A stretch of DNA of 64,000 nucleotides from contig OX597815.1 in NCBI GenBank assembly GCA_951406725.2, forward strand, positions 185,876,001-185,940,000, written 5' to 3'. Under the pieces are notes generated by a model. It saw only the letters and a program-made list of their open reading frames with translations. It was not told the origin of the DNA and searched no databases. Shown piece after piece: positions 39,440 to 54,126 of this stretch (its first letter is position 1; each line of letters starts with the position of its first letter). The stretch comes from Octopus vulgaris (Eukaryota). The translations under genes were made by a program, and so were the position numbers.

Positions 39440-39830
39440 TAAGGAATGGCTGTGGGGTAAGAAGCTTACTTCCCAACAACATGTCTCCAGGTTCACTCCC
39501 ACTACATGACACTTTGGGCAAATCTCTTCTACCACAGCTTTGGACCGCCCAAAGCCTTGTGAGTACATTTGGTAGATGGAAACTGAAAGAAGCCTCTGTG
39601 TATATGTGTGTATGTGTGTGTGTGTGTGTATGTCTGTGTTTGTTTCCCTCAACATAGCTTGACAACCGATGTTGGAGTGTTTATGTACCCATAACTTAAC
39701 AATTTGGCAAAAAACACTGATAGAATAAGTACTAGGCTTCCAAAGAATAAGTCCTGGGGTCAACATTTGTTTGACTAAACGCAGTGCTCCGGCAAGGCCA
39801 CAGTCAAATGACTGAAACAAGTAAAAGAAT
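39440..39830 (+). mobile_element. SINE B, diverged
   Basis: Family match. Confidence 0.88.
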
Positions 39831-39906
39831 GAATATATACATACATATATATATAAGATAATGGTGTTCCTTTCACATGATGCACACAAAAGCTAAACGC
39901 ACACCA

Positions 39907-39948
<42 letters not shown>

Positions 39949-40428
39949 TCATACATACATATATATGATTTACTGTTTCCCTCTCTTAATTTCTCTCTTG
40001 CTCTCACCTCACCTCACACACATACAAACACATCTTTCCACTAAACAAGAAAGTGTAGTTTTCTTTAACAAGTGTGAAATGTTCTCATAGCAGCAGCAGC
40101 AGCAACAACAGCAGCAGTCGTTATGTAGTTGACTTGCAGCAAAGGCACACATTAGCTGTGCAGCATTGTACCAAAGCTGCACTTTTAGGTTTTCCAAACG
40201 CCCTTCTTTATTTAGCAACACACACACGCACACACACACATACATGCATACATACGTATATACATACATACATACAAATATATACATGCAAGCAGAGAAA
40301 GATGTATATTAAACTATATATATTTTATTTATATGTGATATACAAAAGTATCTATCTATCTATCTATCTCTCTATCTATCTATCTCTCTCTCTCTCTATC
40401 TCTCTATCACTATTGATTTATCTATCTA

Positions 40429-40470
<42 letters not shown>

Positions 40471-41284
40471 TTTTTTTTTATTTATATGTATATATATGTA
40501 TATATACATATATAATGTAATCGCTTCTATTCTAGGCACAAGGCCTGAAATCTTTGGGGGGAGTGGGGGCCAGTTGATTAGATTGTCTCCAGTACACAAC
40601 TGGTACTTAATTTATCAACATATATCATAACATATATATAATGTATATATATATATGATATAATACATATATATACATACATTCATGTATGTACGTATGC
40701 ATTACATTATATATATCTGTGTGTGTGTATATGTACCCTTGAGTGCATGTGTGCATGTTTATATGTTTGTGTTGGATTGTGCATGTTTTTTGTTGGTTTT
40801 TGTATGTATGATTTCGGTATCTATCATTCTGCCTTCCATTTACGTTCTAAAATATTAGACTTATATACTTTGTATTAATTTTTTTCTTTTACTTTTCTAA
40901 CTGATTTTGTTATTACTGCTTAGTTCTCAGGTCACCTTTCCCGTATGATCAAATGTTATCCTACCATGCCCATCACATCTTTGTCTTATGCATATTGAAC
41001 GTTCCTAGGACTACATTATCCAATGCATCTCTTTGGTTTCAAGGCAGTTGCTTTTAGGCTATTATTTCAGCAAGGTTTGACTGCTATGTCTAGCAGGTCT
41101 GTTGTTGACTTGTGTGCCAGTATTGTTATTGTTGTTAATAGTTAGCTCAGAGGTTCACAACCGTTGTTTACCTGTGGGCCTTTTTGATTCCTATTTTCCT
41201 CAGGTGGGTCCTCATATGCCCTCAATGTGTGCAAACTGCTATTTTTTTATAATTAAATATTTATTAGGAATTGTATAAAAGTAT

Positions 41285-41925
41285 TTATTTCTTTATTACC
41301 CACTGAAGGTTAAACATAGAGGTGACAAACAAGGACAGACAAAGGGATTAAGTTGATTACATTGAGCCCAGTACGTAACTGGTACTTATTTAATCAACCC
41401 CGAAAAGGATTAAAGGCAAAGTTGACCTCAGCAGATTTTGAACTCAGAACGTAATGGCAGACAAAATACCGCTAAGCATTTCGCCCGGCGTGCTAATAAT
41501 TCTGCTAGCTTGCCACCCATGTTCATCAAAATATTTATTTCTTTATTGCCCATAGAGGGCTACACATAGAGGTGACAAACAAGGGCAGGCAAAGGAAATG
41601 TAACTGGTACTTGTTTAATCGACCCTGAAAGAATGAAAAACAATGTCGACCTCAGCGGAATTTGAACTCAGATCGTAATGGCAGATAAAATACCTATTTC
41701 TTTATTACCCACAAGGGGCTAAACACAGAGGGGACAAACAAGGACAGACAGACGGATTAAGCCGATTACATCGACCCCAGTACGTAACTGGTACTTATTT
41801 AATCGACCCCGAAAGGATGAACGGCAAAGTCGACCTCGGCGGAATTTGAACTCAGAATGTAGCGGCAGATGAAATACCGCTAAGCTTTTTACCCGGTGTG
41901 CTAACGCTCCTGTTAGTTTGCCACC
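41285..41925 (-). mobile_element. Cluster of three SINE A units
   Basis: Includes a tail|GGTAT junction at 41694/41695. Confidence 0.9.
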
Positions 41926-43093
41926 ATTGTATAAAAATATTAGAACATTTTGCATTTTGTAGAAAGATAAGCAATTTATGGCACAAAAATTTTAATTTGA
42001 ATAATAAAATCTTATATGGAACTTGGTGTAGGGTCACTGGTCTTGATCAACATGGGTGAAATAGACTTATGCTCTAAAGCCAAGCATGGGCAACCTTTCT
42101 CAAGAGGTAGGCTGCATCTGATATGGCTCAGCATCAGATGGGCAACTCTACAAAGAAAAAAGAAAAGAAAAAAATCAAGTAAAATTTTTAAAGATGCCCT
42201 TCAGAAAGTCCTGCAGGTCACAGTTTCTCTAATTGATATTACAACCATGGCCTTACAGTATTTTTATTAACTATTTCAGATTACATTATTTTATAGGCTG
42301 TGTGCTTATTCAAGTCAGTACAATTTGAGGAAGATTTGGCTGTTGTTATTAGTAGTTTCTCACTATTCAAGTGGGCCTATGATTTAAGGTATTCTAGCCA
42401 TAATTTTAAGGTTGTAGAGATCTGTGTTATCTAATAAATTCTGTTCTCATATAAGACAGTAGGATGTGAAATGGAGAGATATTTTAGCTGCTGTTTTTAG
42501 CAAGGCAAACTACTGCATTGAGTTGCAGGTCACATGTTAGCTGGAGTGTCTCTGTTTGTTTGTGTGGGTGTGATATATTTTGTATTGATATCTGTATAAA
42601 TATATATACCTCTGTAGATATAACAAAACACACACAAAAAAAAATTTATAGTAGATGTGTAGAATAAATATTTTATTCCTGGTTGCAGTAAAAGGGTGGG
42701 AGAAAGAGGAGGATGAGATAGACATAGAGATAGAGAGATAGAGAGATAAATAGAGAGAGAGAGAGAAAAGAGAGAGAGAGGGAGAGAAAGAGAGAGAGAT
42801 AGAGCTGAATGCATTTTATTTGTTTTACTTTCACTTTCCTTTTGCGTTTTTTTATTTTTGTTGTTTCTTTTGTTTACTTCGTTTCTGTATTGTTGTAGAG
42901 TCTGTTCTGTATAATTAATCATCAGTTCATTAGCTACGATATACAGTTTGCATACAATTAAGTAGGCAATGTGTTTTGGATATAATTGAAATGAAGAACA
43001 AAAAGTCAATTAATTTATTCATATGCAGAATCACAGTCTACACAGTCACAATAGTATAGATATTTAGAGATAAACAGAAGCACGCACACGCAT

Positions 43094-43168
<75 letters not shown>

Positions 43169-43289
43169 CATGCACATATGAACAAGATTACATATAGATA
43201 CACGAGCAAACTAAGGGGAGCCCCCACATCAGCACTTCTCGACCACAGCTCTGAGGGCCTCATGTGGCCCTCAACAGCCTTACTTCTAT

Positions 43290-43692
43290 TCTTTGATTCT
43301 TTTGTTTGTTTCAGTCATTTGATTGCAGCCATGCTGGAGCGCCGCCTTTAGACGAACAAATCAACCCCAGGACTTATTCTTTGTAAGCTTAGTTATTCTA
43401 TCGGTCTCTTTTGCCAAACCGCTAAGTTACAGGGATGTGAACACACCAGCATTGGTTGTCAAGAGATGGTGGGGGTTCAAACATAGACACACACACACAT
43501 GTGTACATATATATATATATATATATAAAACGGGCTTCTTTCAGTTTCTGTCTACCAAATCCACTCACAAGGCTTTGGTCAGCTCGAGGCTATAGTACAA
43601 GACATTTGCCCATGGTGTCACGCAGGGGGACTGAACCCAGAACCATGTGGTTAAGAAGCAAGCTACTTACCACACAGCCACTTCTGTGCCTA
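43290..43692 (-). mobile_element. SINE B
   Basis: Family match. Confidence 0.9.
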
Positions 43693-45405
43693 TATATATA
43701 ATTTTTTTTTGTTAATTAACTTGTGTTTTATTTTATTCTTTTTCTGTGCAGCTTCCTAAAAAAATCCAAGTTATGGATCTGGCTTGGATATTAAAAAGAT
43801 CAAGAACCACTTCTCTACATGGTCATTCATCTAGCTAGAAATAGTAGCCAAATTACCTTTAGTCATAAAGTAACATCTTTCACAAGGGAAGGACAAAGCA
43901 GGTAATTTACTCCTAAATTTCTCCTAAAAGAATAACAATATTTAATTGTAGAATGGTTTTCATCATAAGTCTACTCAATCAAAGTCGGCCTAGGGCTAAA
44001 CAATTACAAAACCAACAACTACAGCAAGATCACACGTATTCACACATAGTCACACACTCTTATACACAGTCTCACGCAAACTTACAGTTATGCATAATCA
44101 CGCATTGTCTTGCATAGTCTTAAATAATCACATTCTCTCACACACACAATCACAAGTGAACTTAGAATGTGTGTGTGTGTGGGGGGGGTATCGTGCACTC
44201 ATGTGTGTGTCAGTGCTTGTGTGTGTATGCGTGTGTGTGTGGTGCGTGTTGCGTGTTGTGTGTTGATAAGCAAACAGAGGCAAAGTAAGATTGTTGAACA
44301 AATAACAGAATGGAGAGTGCTAGAAAGTGTGAGCACCTGTATGTGTGTATATGTATATACATGTGCTTGCGAATGTGTAACAGTGTGTGTGTATGTGTGT
44401 GTGTGCATTTGTGTTAGTGAATATGTGTTAGTGTGTGTGTGTTTGTGTCAGTGTTTGCCTGTGTTTGTGTGTGCACATGTGTTAGTGAATGTGTTAGTGT
44501 GTGTGTGTGTGTTTGTATGCATATGTTGAGTGCTGTATGTGTTTGTGTGTGCTTGTGTCTGTGTTTGCCTCTGTGTGTGTGTGTGTGTGTGAGTGGGAGC
44601 TGGGTGGACGTATAATGGAAAACCAGCAAGAGGTGGGTCCAAAGAATGCTAAGACAACTGTGGAGTTTGGAGCGATTGGATAGGATGGAAAATGAGTTAC
44701 TATTTGTGGGAGGAAACAAAGGAGACAGGATACATTACTATAGACGGGCGGCAGTTGTTTCGTGGAAGGATAGAGAGATAGGTAGCTCACTAGCTCAGCT
44801 TGCTAGCTAGGTAGATAGATAGATAGATATGGAGAGAGGGAAAGAAAGAGAGAGAGAGAGAGGGAGAGGGGGAGAGAAAGATTGAAGACATTAACGAGGA
44901 GCAGTAGGAGGGAGAAATAAATATATGTAAGGGTGGAAGTGGCAGAAAGTACAGGGTGATAATGGGGGGGGAGGAAAAGGTTGAAAGAGAAATAGAAAGA
45001 AAAAAGGAAGGAACTTTAGAGAAGTATGAGGAAGAATGAAAAGTGCGATGGCGGATGGGTGGGGTGGGGTGAGTGGTGGAAGAGTTGCGGGGTAGACTAG
45101 AAACAGAAACAGAAATACAAAGAGTGAGAGAGTGAGAGTGAGAGTGAGAGGGTGAAAATGAGAGGAAGAGGAGGGGGAGATGGGGGTGGGGGCGAAAAAT
45201 CAATACATCAATAGATTCAGAATTGTATGTGGGAGTGTAAGAAAGAATGAAAAATGGAACATGATATAGAAAGTTTGAAGACTGATATATGATCTGTCTA
45301 TATAACAATCTATCATTCTATCTCTGTCAATCTGTCTCTCTATCACTTAACTATTTGTGCATAAATAATGCCACGCACGCACAAACACACAAACACTCAC
45401 GCACA

Positions 45406-45443
<38 letters not shown>

Positions 45444-45972
45444 CATACATATATATGTATGTATGTGTGTGTGTATATATTGGTATGGAGAAAATAAAGA
45501 CATGTTTTCTTTCTTTACCTGGGTAAAGTTGCGATTCATTCTGTCTTATATGTTTATTTCACATAGAATTTGGTCCTACCTCATAGTAATTCCTTATCAA
45601 TTGTAGACCTTACAACATGGATGACTGGTTACATAAGAAGAATTAAGACGTGCCTTGTGAGGCTCATGTCAACTTGCTATATACATACATACATACATAT
45701 ATATATCTATATATATATGTATGTATATACATGTATGTATGTATTTATGTTTGCATGAATGGTCAATTATGCATGGATTTATGTCTGTATTTATGAATTC
45801 TCATGTGTATATTCAACTAATATCCCTATCTATCTATCTTTCTATCTATCTATCAATCAATCAATCAATCTATCAATCAATCTATCTATCTCTCTATCTC
45901 CCTATCCTTCTATCAATCTATCTGTCTATCTATCCATCTATCAGCCTGTTTATCTCTCTCTCTCTCTGCTTG

Positions 45973-46027
<55 letters not shown>

Positions 46028-46187
46028 CCCTATCTATCTATCAGTCTGTCTGTCTGCATATATTTCTATATATCCTATATCATCATCATCATCATCATCA
46101 TTTAACGTCTGCTCTCATATATGTATACACACATATATGTATGTATATATATATATGTATAAAGTATATTACATATATGTGTGTGTA

Positions 46188-46243
<56 letters not shown>

Positions 46244-46640
46244 CACACATACATACATAACAGCCCCCACCGTTTGTTTTAACTGTCTTGTTCTCACTGT
46301 CCTGTTTTAGTTACCACTTTCACCTTCCGCAAAAAATCCCAAATTTTATTTAATTTGCATTGCAGGAAGGACTGTTTTAATGAAGTCACATCTTGTCCTT
46401 ACCTTCAAAACAGGGGACAACTGAAGAAGGGGAATATTTTCTATGTTGCCTGTCTAGTTTCTCTGTTTTCGGTTTTTATTCGTCGTTCGATAAAAAGTTC
46501 GTTTTCTATACTTTTGTTTTTATGTTTTCGTTTCTCATTGTCTACGTTTTTTTTTTTGATGTCCTGTACCCATACATGCATGTATATATACATATATACG
46601 TAGGTATGTACATATATGTATGTATATATGCATATATCTG

Positions 46641-46683
<43 letters not shown>

Positions 46684-46694
46684 GTATATATACA

Positions 46695-46860
46695 CGACGG
46701 GCTTCTTTCAGTGTTGTTCTAACGAATCCACTCACAACTCTTTTGGTCAGCCTGAGGCTACAGTAGAAGGCCCTTTCCCAAGGTGCCACGCAGTGAGACT
46801 GAACCCGGAACCATGTGGTTGGTAAGCAAGCTACTTACCACAAAGACACTCTTGCACCTA
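46695..46860 (-). mobile_element. SINE B 5' half
   Basis: Family match. Confidence 0.85.
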
Positions 46861-46897
46861 TATTTATACAATATAATGTACATACATACATACACAG

Positions 46898-46928
<31 letters not shown>

Positions 46929-46955
46929 GATACATACATTTTGTATATATCATTT

Positions 46956-46995
<40 letters not shown>

Positions 46996-48917
46996 GATAT
47001 ATGTGTATGTACATACTTGGATTGTGTAGCGAATGTAAGAGAACATGAGAGAGAATATAAAACAAAGAGAAACAAATGGAACTTGAAACAAGGAATAAGA
47101 GGAAAGTAACAGAAAGAGAAATAAAAGACGTAGACAGACTGGCAGACAGACATGCACAATTGCGCACCCGTCAACCCACCCATCCATATATACATACATA
47201 CATAGATATACCATCATCGTCATCATCATCATCATCATCATATCCATATATATGCTATGTATATATATGTGAATGTACAGATATACACACATACATATAT
47301 ACATATACATACAGTTATATACATACAGCTATATATATATATATATATACGCATACACATACTCATGCACACATGCATAGAATTTATGAATGTATTTTTG
47401 AAACTTTGAACTAGAGTGGACAAACGTACATGCATGCACGCACACATACATGCATGTATACATACATACACACATAGATATATACATAGATACCTCTATA
47501 TCATTTTATATTTCTATATGTATGATTATACACATGAACTCATTTATATTAATATATATATATATTTGCATATATACACCCGAGTAATATATGTTTATAT
47601 ATGGAATATATATGTACATATAATACATACATACAAATACTTACATAAAAATATATATGTATGTATATGAATATATATATATATATAAATACATACTTAC
47701 ATGCATACATACACATACATACATACACACAAACTGGTTATGCACCATGTAGCTATATTTAGAAGCAAATGGTAAAACGCAAAGTTGAATGAGAAGGAAA
47801 ATGAAAACGTTTCAAAACAAGAATAAAAGAGAATGAAAATGAACGATGAACTGAGAGAGAACGGGAGAGAGAAAGGGGGGTGGGAGAAAGAAAGAAAGAA
47901 AGAGAGAAAGAAAGAAAGAAGGAAAGAAAGAAAGAAGGAAGGAAGGAAAGAAAGGAAGAAAGAAAGAGAGATACGAAAAGCGAAAGCAGGAGAAAGAGAA
48001 AGAAAAACCGGTGAAAGGAAGATAGTAGTACAGATAGTTTGTGGAAACGAAAGTGAAAGTAAGAGAGGAATGGTGAGAGTGTTTTAACTGTTGAAGGAGT
48101 GGAGGGCGGTAAAAATGCAGTAAAGTATTGAATCAAACTTGACTGTCTGCTACTTGGTGTAGCACCGAATACACATCATCGCAAATAACAATTACTGCAC
48201 CTCCACCGCCACCGCCACCGCCTTTATCACCACCACCACCTCCATCATCATTATCATCATTATCATCATCATCATTCATATCTACATTAGCAGCAACATG
48301 ACTACCACAGGTAGCCATCATCACCATTATCGATACCCTCACGATCACCAGCGCCAATCAATATCACCAAAAAATCCAAACAACCATACCGACCACCAAC
48401 CAGCAACCGCCAACATCACCACTCCTATTATTTCTAAGGTCGTTTTTGTTCTTTCTTTCTTTTACTCTTTCCTTCTGTCTCACGTAACAGTTATCACACA
48501 TTCTCTCCTTTTTTCTTTTTATCGTCTGCCTCTATCTGTTCTCCCCCTCTCTCTCTCACTCTCTCTCTCTCTCTCTCTCTCTGTCTTTCGCTCTCACTCT
48601 CTTTTCTTTGTCAACGCCAGACAACACAAATGTTTTTAAATACTGGCTATAAAGTCAAGAAAAGCTTGTTTTCAGGGAAGAAACTACAAATACAACGATA
48701 ATAAATGCAATTGCCTGGTTACCACGATCATAATGATTTTTTTTCTCCCTCTGTACTACTAACAGCCAGCCTATGAAACAAAAGAGGAAATAAAACAAAC
48801 ATAAATAAATACAAAAAAAAAAAACAGTATATTAATAAATAAAATAATATTAGTTGCTAAGTCATGTGACAGAGTTAATGTGGCATTACATATATATGTG
48901 TGCGAGTGTGTATGTAA

Positions 48918-48971
<54 letters not shown>

Positions 48972-48972
48972 G

Positions 48973-49128
48973 TAGTGGCTGCGTGGTAAGTAAGTTGATT
49001 ACTAACCACATGGTTCCAGGTTCAGTCCCACTGCGTGGCACCTTGAGCAAGTGTCTTCTACAATAGCCTCGGGTCGACCAAAGCCTTGTGAGTGGATTTT
49101 GGTAGATGGAAACTGAAAGAAGCCCGTC

Positions 49129-49174
<46 letters not shown>

Positions 49175-49352
49175 CTGTGTTTGTCCCCCAACATCGCTTG
49201 ACAACCAATGCTGGTGTGTTCACGTCCTCGTAACTTAGCGGTTCGGCAAGAGAGACCGATAGAATAAGTACTAGGCTTACAGAGAATAAGTCCTGGGGAC
49301 GATTTGCTCAAATAAAGGCGGAACTCCAGCATGTCCACAGTCAATTTACTGA
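48973..49352 (+). mobile_element. SINE B
   Basis: Family match. Confidence 0.9.
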
Positions 49353-49353
49353 A

Positions 49354-49408
<55 letters not shown>

Positions 49409-49434
49409 GTATGTATTATGTATGTACGCATGTG

Positions 49435-49737
49435 ACACTCCGTCGGTTACGACGACGTGGGCTCCAGTTAATAAGATCAACGTGCAAGTGTACCCATACG
49501 TAGTCCTCGGGGAGATTCAGCGTAACACAGTGTATGACAAGGCTGGCCCTTTGAAAATACAGGTACAACAGAAACAGGAAGAAAGAGTGAGAGAAAGTTG
49601 TGGTGAAAGAGTACAGCAGGGTTCGCCACCACCCACTGCTGGAGCCTCGTGGAGCTTTAGGTCTTTTCGCTCAATAAACACTCACAACGCATGGTTTGCG
49701 AATCTGTTGCCCTAACAACTGGGCCATTGCGCTTCCA
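49435..49737 (-). mobile_element. SINE C with internal deletions
   Basis: Matches 7938-8318. Confidence 0.88.
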
Positions 49738-49738
49738 C

Positions 49739-49771
<33 letters not shown>

Positions 49772-49832
49772 TGTATGTATGTATGTATGTATGTATGTAT
49801 GTATGTATGTATGTATGTGTATATATATGTAT

Positions 49833-49892
<60 letters not shown>

Positions 49893-50143
49893 GTATAGTA
49901 GCAGTATCTGACCCTGCCTATGTTTGCAGAAACCAGCACAATAAAGTTATATCATCTATGAATAATCCTAATATGTACAAATGTGGCCTTCACCTCGGAA
50001 CATAAGGACGTGTGTTTACTTGTATGCGAACGCGTTATTTTGCGTGTTTGAGGGTACGCGCATACATACATACATACATACATACATACATACATACATA
50101 CATACATACATACATACATACATACATACATACATACACACAT

Positions 50144-50208
<65 letters not shown>

Positions 50209-50753
50209 TATGTAATCCGATGAATTTATTTTACCAAACCCATAAGGACGAAAATCAGAGCCAAACTTCTGGTGAGATTTGATGTTAAAATGTATAAGGA
50301 CTTACGTAAACGACACAAATTTCTGCGGTTGAATAAGGGCGACCGAGAGGGTGTGCGTGTGTGAGAGAGAGAGAGAGAGAGGGAGGGAGGGAGGGACAGA
50401 GAGAGAAAGAGAGAGTGCAGGGTTGAGAGACAGAAGGCAGAGGATATTGTGAAACAGAGGTGTTTCTCCCAATTTTGAAACTTCGCTGCGTTTCCAGAAG
50501 AGCAGTGTTGCCCTTCACTGGATGGGTAACATGTGAAACAATTTGAAATCTACTCTTAAATAGACCTCTCAGTTTGAACGATTACGTAGTGTTCAAAACA
50601 TGCACAGAGAGATACAATAATCTGTCACTTTAGGGGTTTCCCCTGTCCTATTACAAATCATGAGTTAATGTCCGCTTGATTTTGCAACGGTATTTTAACG
50701 TTATTTCAAACAAATAATTATTTTAGTAGATTCACTTCAACATATAAATTTAA

Positions 50754-50805
50754 TTTGTCAAAATATTTTCGTCCTTTTTCAGACCACGACCTGTTCACTG
50801 ACAAA
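50754..50805 (-). ncRNA. Minimal type I hammerhead candidate with G3-C8 swapped core
   Basis: tttgtca-GTGAACA-g-gtc(14 nt)gac-GAA-AATATT-T-tgacaaa; 7-bp stem I; palindromic stem III. Confidence 0.7.
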
Positions 50806-50954
50806 ATTCCGTGAGCACGGTTTTCATGGGTGTGTTGTGATTTTTTATGGTTTATAAACACCTTCCACACTGCAGTTGTTTTTGTTTCAGCACACGATCC
50901 CAGATCAGGTCACTTGCAATGCAAGTACATCTCCGTAATTATCTTAGTAATTTT

Positions 50955-51396
50955 TTTTCTACTCTAGGCAGAATCTTTGGGGAGTGGGGCAGTCGATGAG
51001 ATCGAACCAGTACGCAACTGGTACTTAATTTATTGACCCCGAAAGGATAAAAGGCAAAGTCGACCTCAGCGGAATTTGAACTCAGAACGTAAAAACAGAC
51101 GAAATACCTATTTCTTTACTACCCACAAGGGGCTAAACGTAGCGGCAGACGAAATACCTATTTCTATTTCTTTACTACCCACAAGGGGCTAAACACAGAG
51201 AGGACAAACAAGGACAGACAAACGGATTAAGTCGATTATATCGACCCTAGTGCGTAACTGGTACATATCTAATCGACCCCGAAATGATGAAAGGCAAAGT
51301 CGACCTCGGCGGAATTTGAACTCAGAACATAGCGGCAGGCGAAATACCGCTAAGCCTTTCGCCCGGCGTGCTAACCATTCTGCCAGCTTGCCGCTT
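50955..51396 (-). mobile_element. SINE A tandem array
   Basis: Tail|GGTAT junctions at 51108/51109 and 51158/51159; last unit has tail-2. Confidence 0.92.
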
Positions 51397-51414
51397 TACT
51401 AATATAGAATTCTT

Positions 51415-52010
51415 TAATTCTTTTACTTGTTTCAATTATTTGACTGCGGCCATGCTGGAGCTCCGCCCTTAGTCGAACAAATCGACACCAGGACTAATTT
51501 TTTTGTAAGCCTAGTACTTATTCTACAAGATCGTGGGTAAGGCCAGAACAATGCGAAGCAAATGCAAGGTAAATTGCAAGAAAATAAATATGTGAATTAA
51601 TGTAGACTTTAGACTTACCTTGTATTCAATTTCTTGAGGATGGGGCGATAACCCCGAAATATTGAATACAAAGTAAGACTACATTAATTCACATATTTGT
51701 TTTCTTGTGATTTACCTTGCATCTACCTTGCATTGTTTTGGTCTTATCCACGATCCTTTATACAATATATTCTATACAATGCTTCACAGTAATTATTCCA
51801 TTATAAATATATATACAACGGGCCTCTTTCAGTTTCCGAATACCAATCCACTCACAAGGCTTTGGTTGGGCCGAGGCTATAGTAGAAGATAAGGCCTCCC
51901 TTGACACCTGATGCAAATAGTTTTAACGAAATTATCTATGTGCCACGCAGCGGGACTGAACCCGGAACCATGTGGTTGGTAAGCAAGCTTCTTACCACAC
52001 ACCCACGCCC
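51415..52010 (-). mobile_element. SINE B interrupted by a foldback insert and a templated insertion
   Basis: 3' part at 51415-51525, 5' part at 51815-52010. Confidence 0.85.
51529..51755. repeat. ~100-bp-arm foldback with a degenerate hammerhead in the loop (51631-51666, +)
   Basis: gatcgtgg...tgtattcaat / attgaataca...ccacgatc; loop reads ttc-TTGAGGA-t-gggg(cgataa)cccc-GAAAT-AT-T-gaa. Confidence 0.8.
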
Positions 52011-53794
52011 ATTGAATATTGAAATGAATTATTCAGTAATGGTCGCAAGATCATTGATATTGGTTCTCGATTTTATTTTATGAACAGAATAGAAAATATA
52101 AGATGTGGCCGGCCGATTCCAATCGGTTTTTTAACGGAATGGAAAGCGACTAAAGTGTAAATCAAGCCCAGAGCGCATGTTAGAGTGTGTGTGTGTGTGT
52201 GAGCGAGTGTGTGTATGTGTGTGTGACTGAGTGTGTATGTGTGATTATGTGTGCGTGTGTATGTACGTATATGTGTGTGGGTGTGTGTGTGAATGTGTGT
52301 GTGTGAATGTGTGTGTGTGTGTACTTGTGTGTGTGTGTATGTGCGAGTGTGTGTACGAGGGAGTGTGTGTGCGAGTGTGTGTGTATGTGTATGTGTGAGT
52401 GTGAGTGTGTGAGCTAGTGTGTGTGTGTGTGTGTGCGAATGTGTGTGTGTACGTGTGCGAGGGTGTGATTGTGAGTGTGTGAGCAAGTGTGTGAGTGTAC
52501 GTATGTGTGTGTGTGTATGTGTGTGTGTGTATGTGTGTGTGTGTACAAGTGTGTATGTGTGCGTTTGTGCGCTTGGGCCCGCGCACGTGCTTCTTGAGTA
52601 ACTCAAATATTTTTATTACTTTGTTTCGAGCACACAGCAACCCTTTTTACAGTTTCAACACACGATCTTACATCAAATTATTGCCAAACTGCTAAAAAAA
52701 TAAAAGAACGTAGAGAAAAAAAAAACAACAAACACACCAAAGACCCCCCCCAAAAAAAATCTTGATTTCTAACCTATTTTCAATACTTTCATTCTTCCAT
52801 CACTTGGAGTTGATTGATCAGCTGTCAATCCATGAGGCGTTCTTTTGTTTTTGCTGTTGTTTTTACTTCTCTGTTATTTGTTTTTCCTTGTAGCAAAAGA
52901 AATATAGAATCTGCCAGAACACGAAAACATGAACGACAGGAATGTATTCCAAGACGTCATTTCGCCTGTCTTTGCGTTCTGAGTTCAAATGCCGCCGGGA
53001 TCGATAACACAAATTATTTCTCTATTGCCCACAAGGGGCTAAACATAGAATGGACAATCAAGGACAGACAAAGGGATTAAGTCTGTTACATTGACGCCAG
53101 TGCGCAACTGGTACTTAATTTATAGACTAGGCCACATGCCTCCACAACACAAGTCGATAACATAAGTACCACCTGAATACTGGGGGCGATGTAATTGACA
53201 TATCCCTTCCTTCGAAATTGCTGGCCTTTGGTCCGCCCGAGGCTATAGTAGAAGACACTTGTCCAAGGTGCCACGCAGGGGGACTGAACCCGGAACCATG
53301 TGGCTGGTAAGCAAGCTACTTACCACACAGCCACTCCTATTATACACACCACCAATGAGAAATTGAATCTGGTTGGCTTAAACATTAAACAGACAGAGTA
53401 TTTGAGCGGGTTTAAAAGCTAAAAATTTTAAGTAGAAATCAAAATATAACTGCAATGATTATAGAGAAACCATGGTCAGCCCTATTTGAACAGGTTGGTC
53501 ACTAGAGGAGCGGGTAGCACTCAATAACTTTTTCTAAAGGCCTCCCTTGACACCTGATGCAAATAGTTTTAACGAAATTATCTATGTTAGATAGATGTGA
53601 TCAAAACAAGACGTAGGAGGAAATGTAGGGCGTCCTTCGATTTTAGTTTAAGCAAAGCAGAACGTCACTGTCTGATCAATGTTTTAGCTATAGTCATTTA
53701 GCGGCGGAGTGTACTGACCGTATGTATGCAGTGGCTTGGCTTGGCTTGGCTTGGCTTGGCTTGGCTCGACTAGGCTTAGCCTGGCTGTCCATCG

Positions 53795-54095
53795 ATTATG
53801 AGGACGAGTGTTCCAGTTGATTCGATCAACAGAACAGCCTGCTCTGAAAAATCAACATTCAAGTGACTGAGTATTCCACAGATACAAGTACACGTAGTTC
53901 TTAGGGAGATTCAGCGTGTCACAGAATGTGACGAGGTTGGCCGGTTGAATTACAGGTACAACTCATTTTTGTCAGCTGAACAAACTAGATCGACGTGAAA
54001 AAAAGTGTTTTACTCAAGGACAAAACGCGTCGCTGAATATCGAACTCACAAACTTACCATCGCAAGCTGAGTACCATAACCAATACACCACGCAC
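53795..54095 (-). mobile_element. Diverged SINE C-related copy
   Basis: Matches the reverse complement of 855-1175. Confidence 0.75.
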
Positions 54096-54126
54096 CTTCA
54101 CATATGCATGTGGTATAAACGTGTGA

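Noticed and set aside
45560-45660. Possible terminal exon (PYNMDDWLHKKN*)
   Set aside because: Short, with no partner exons or homology; needs RNA-seq
52080-52620. Promoter-like CCAAT and CACGTG motifs around a GT tract
   Set aside because: Short motifs expected by chance; no linked gene
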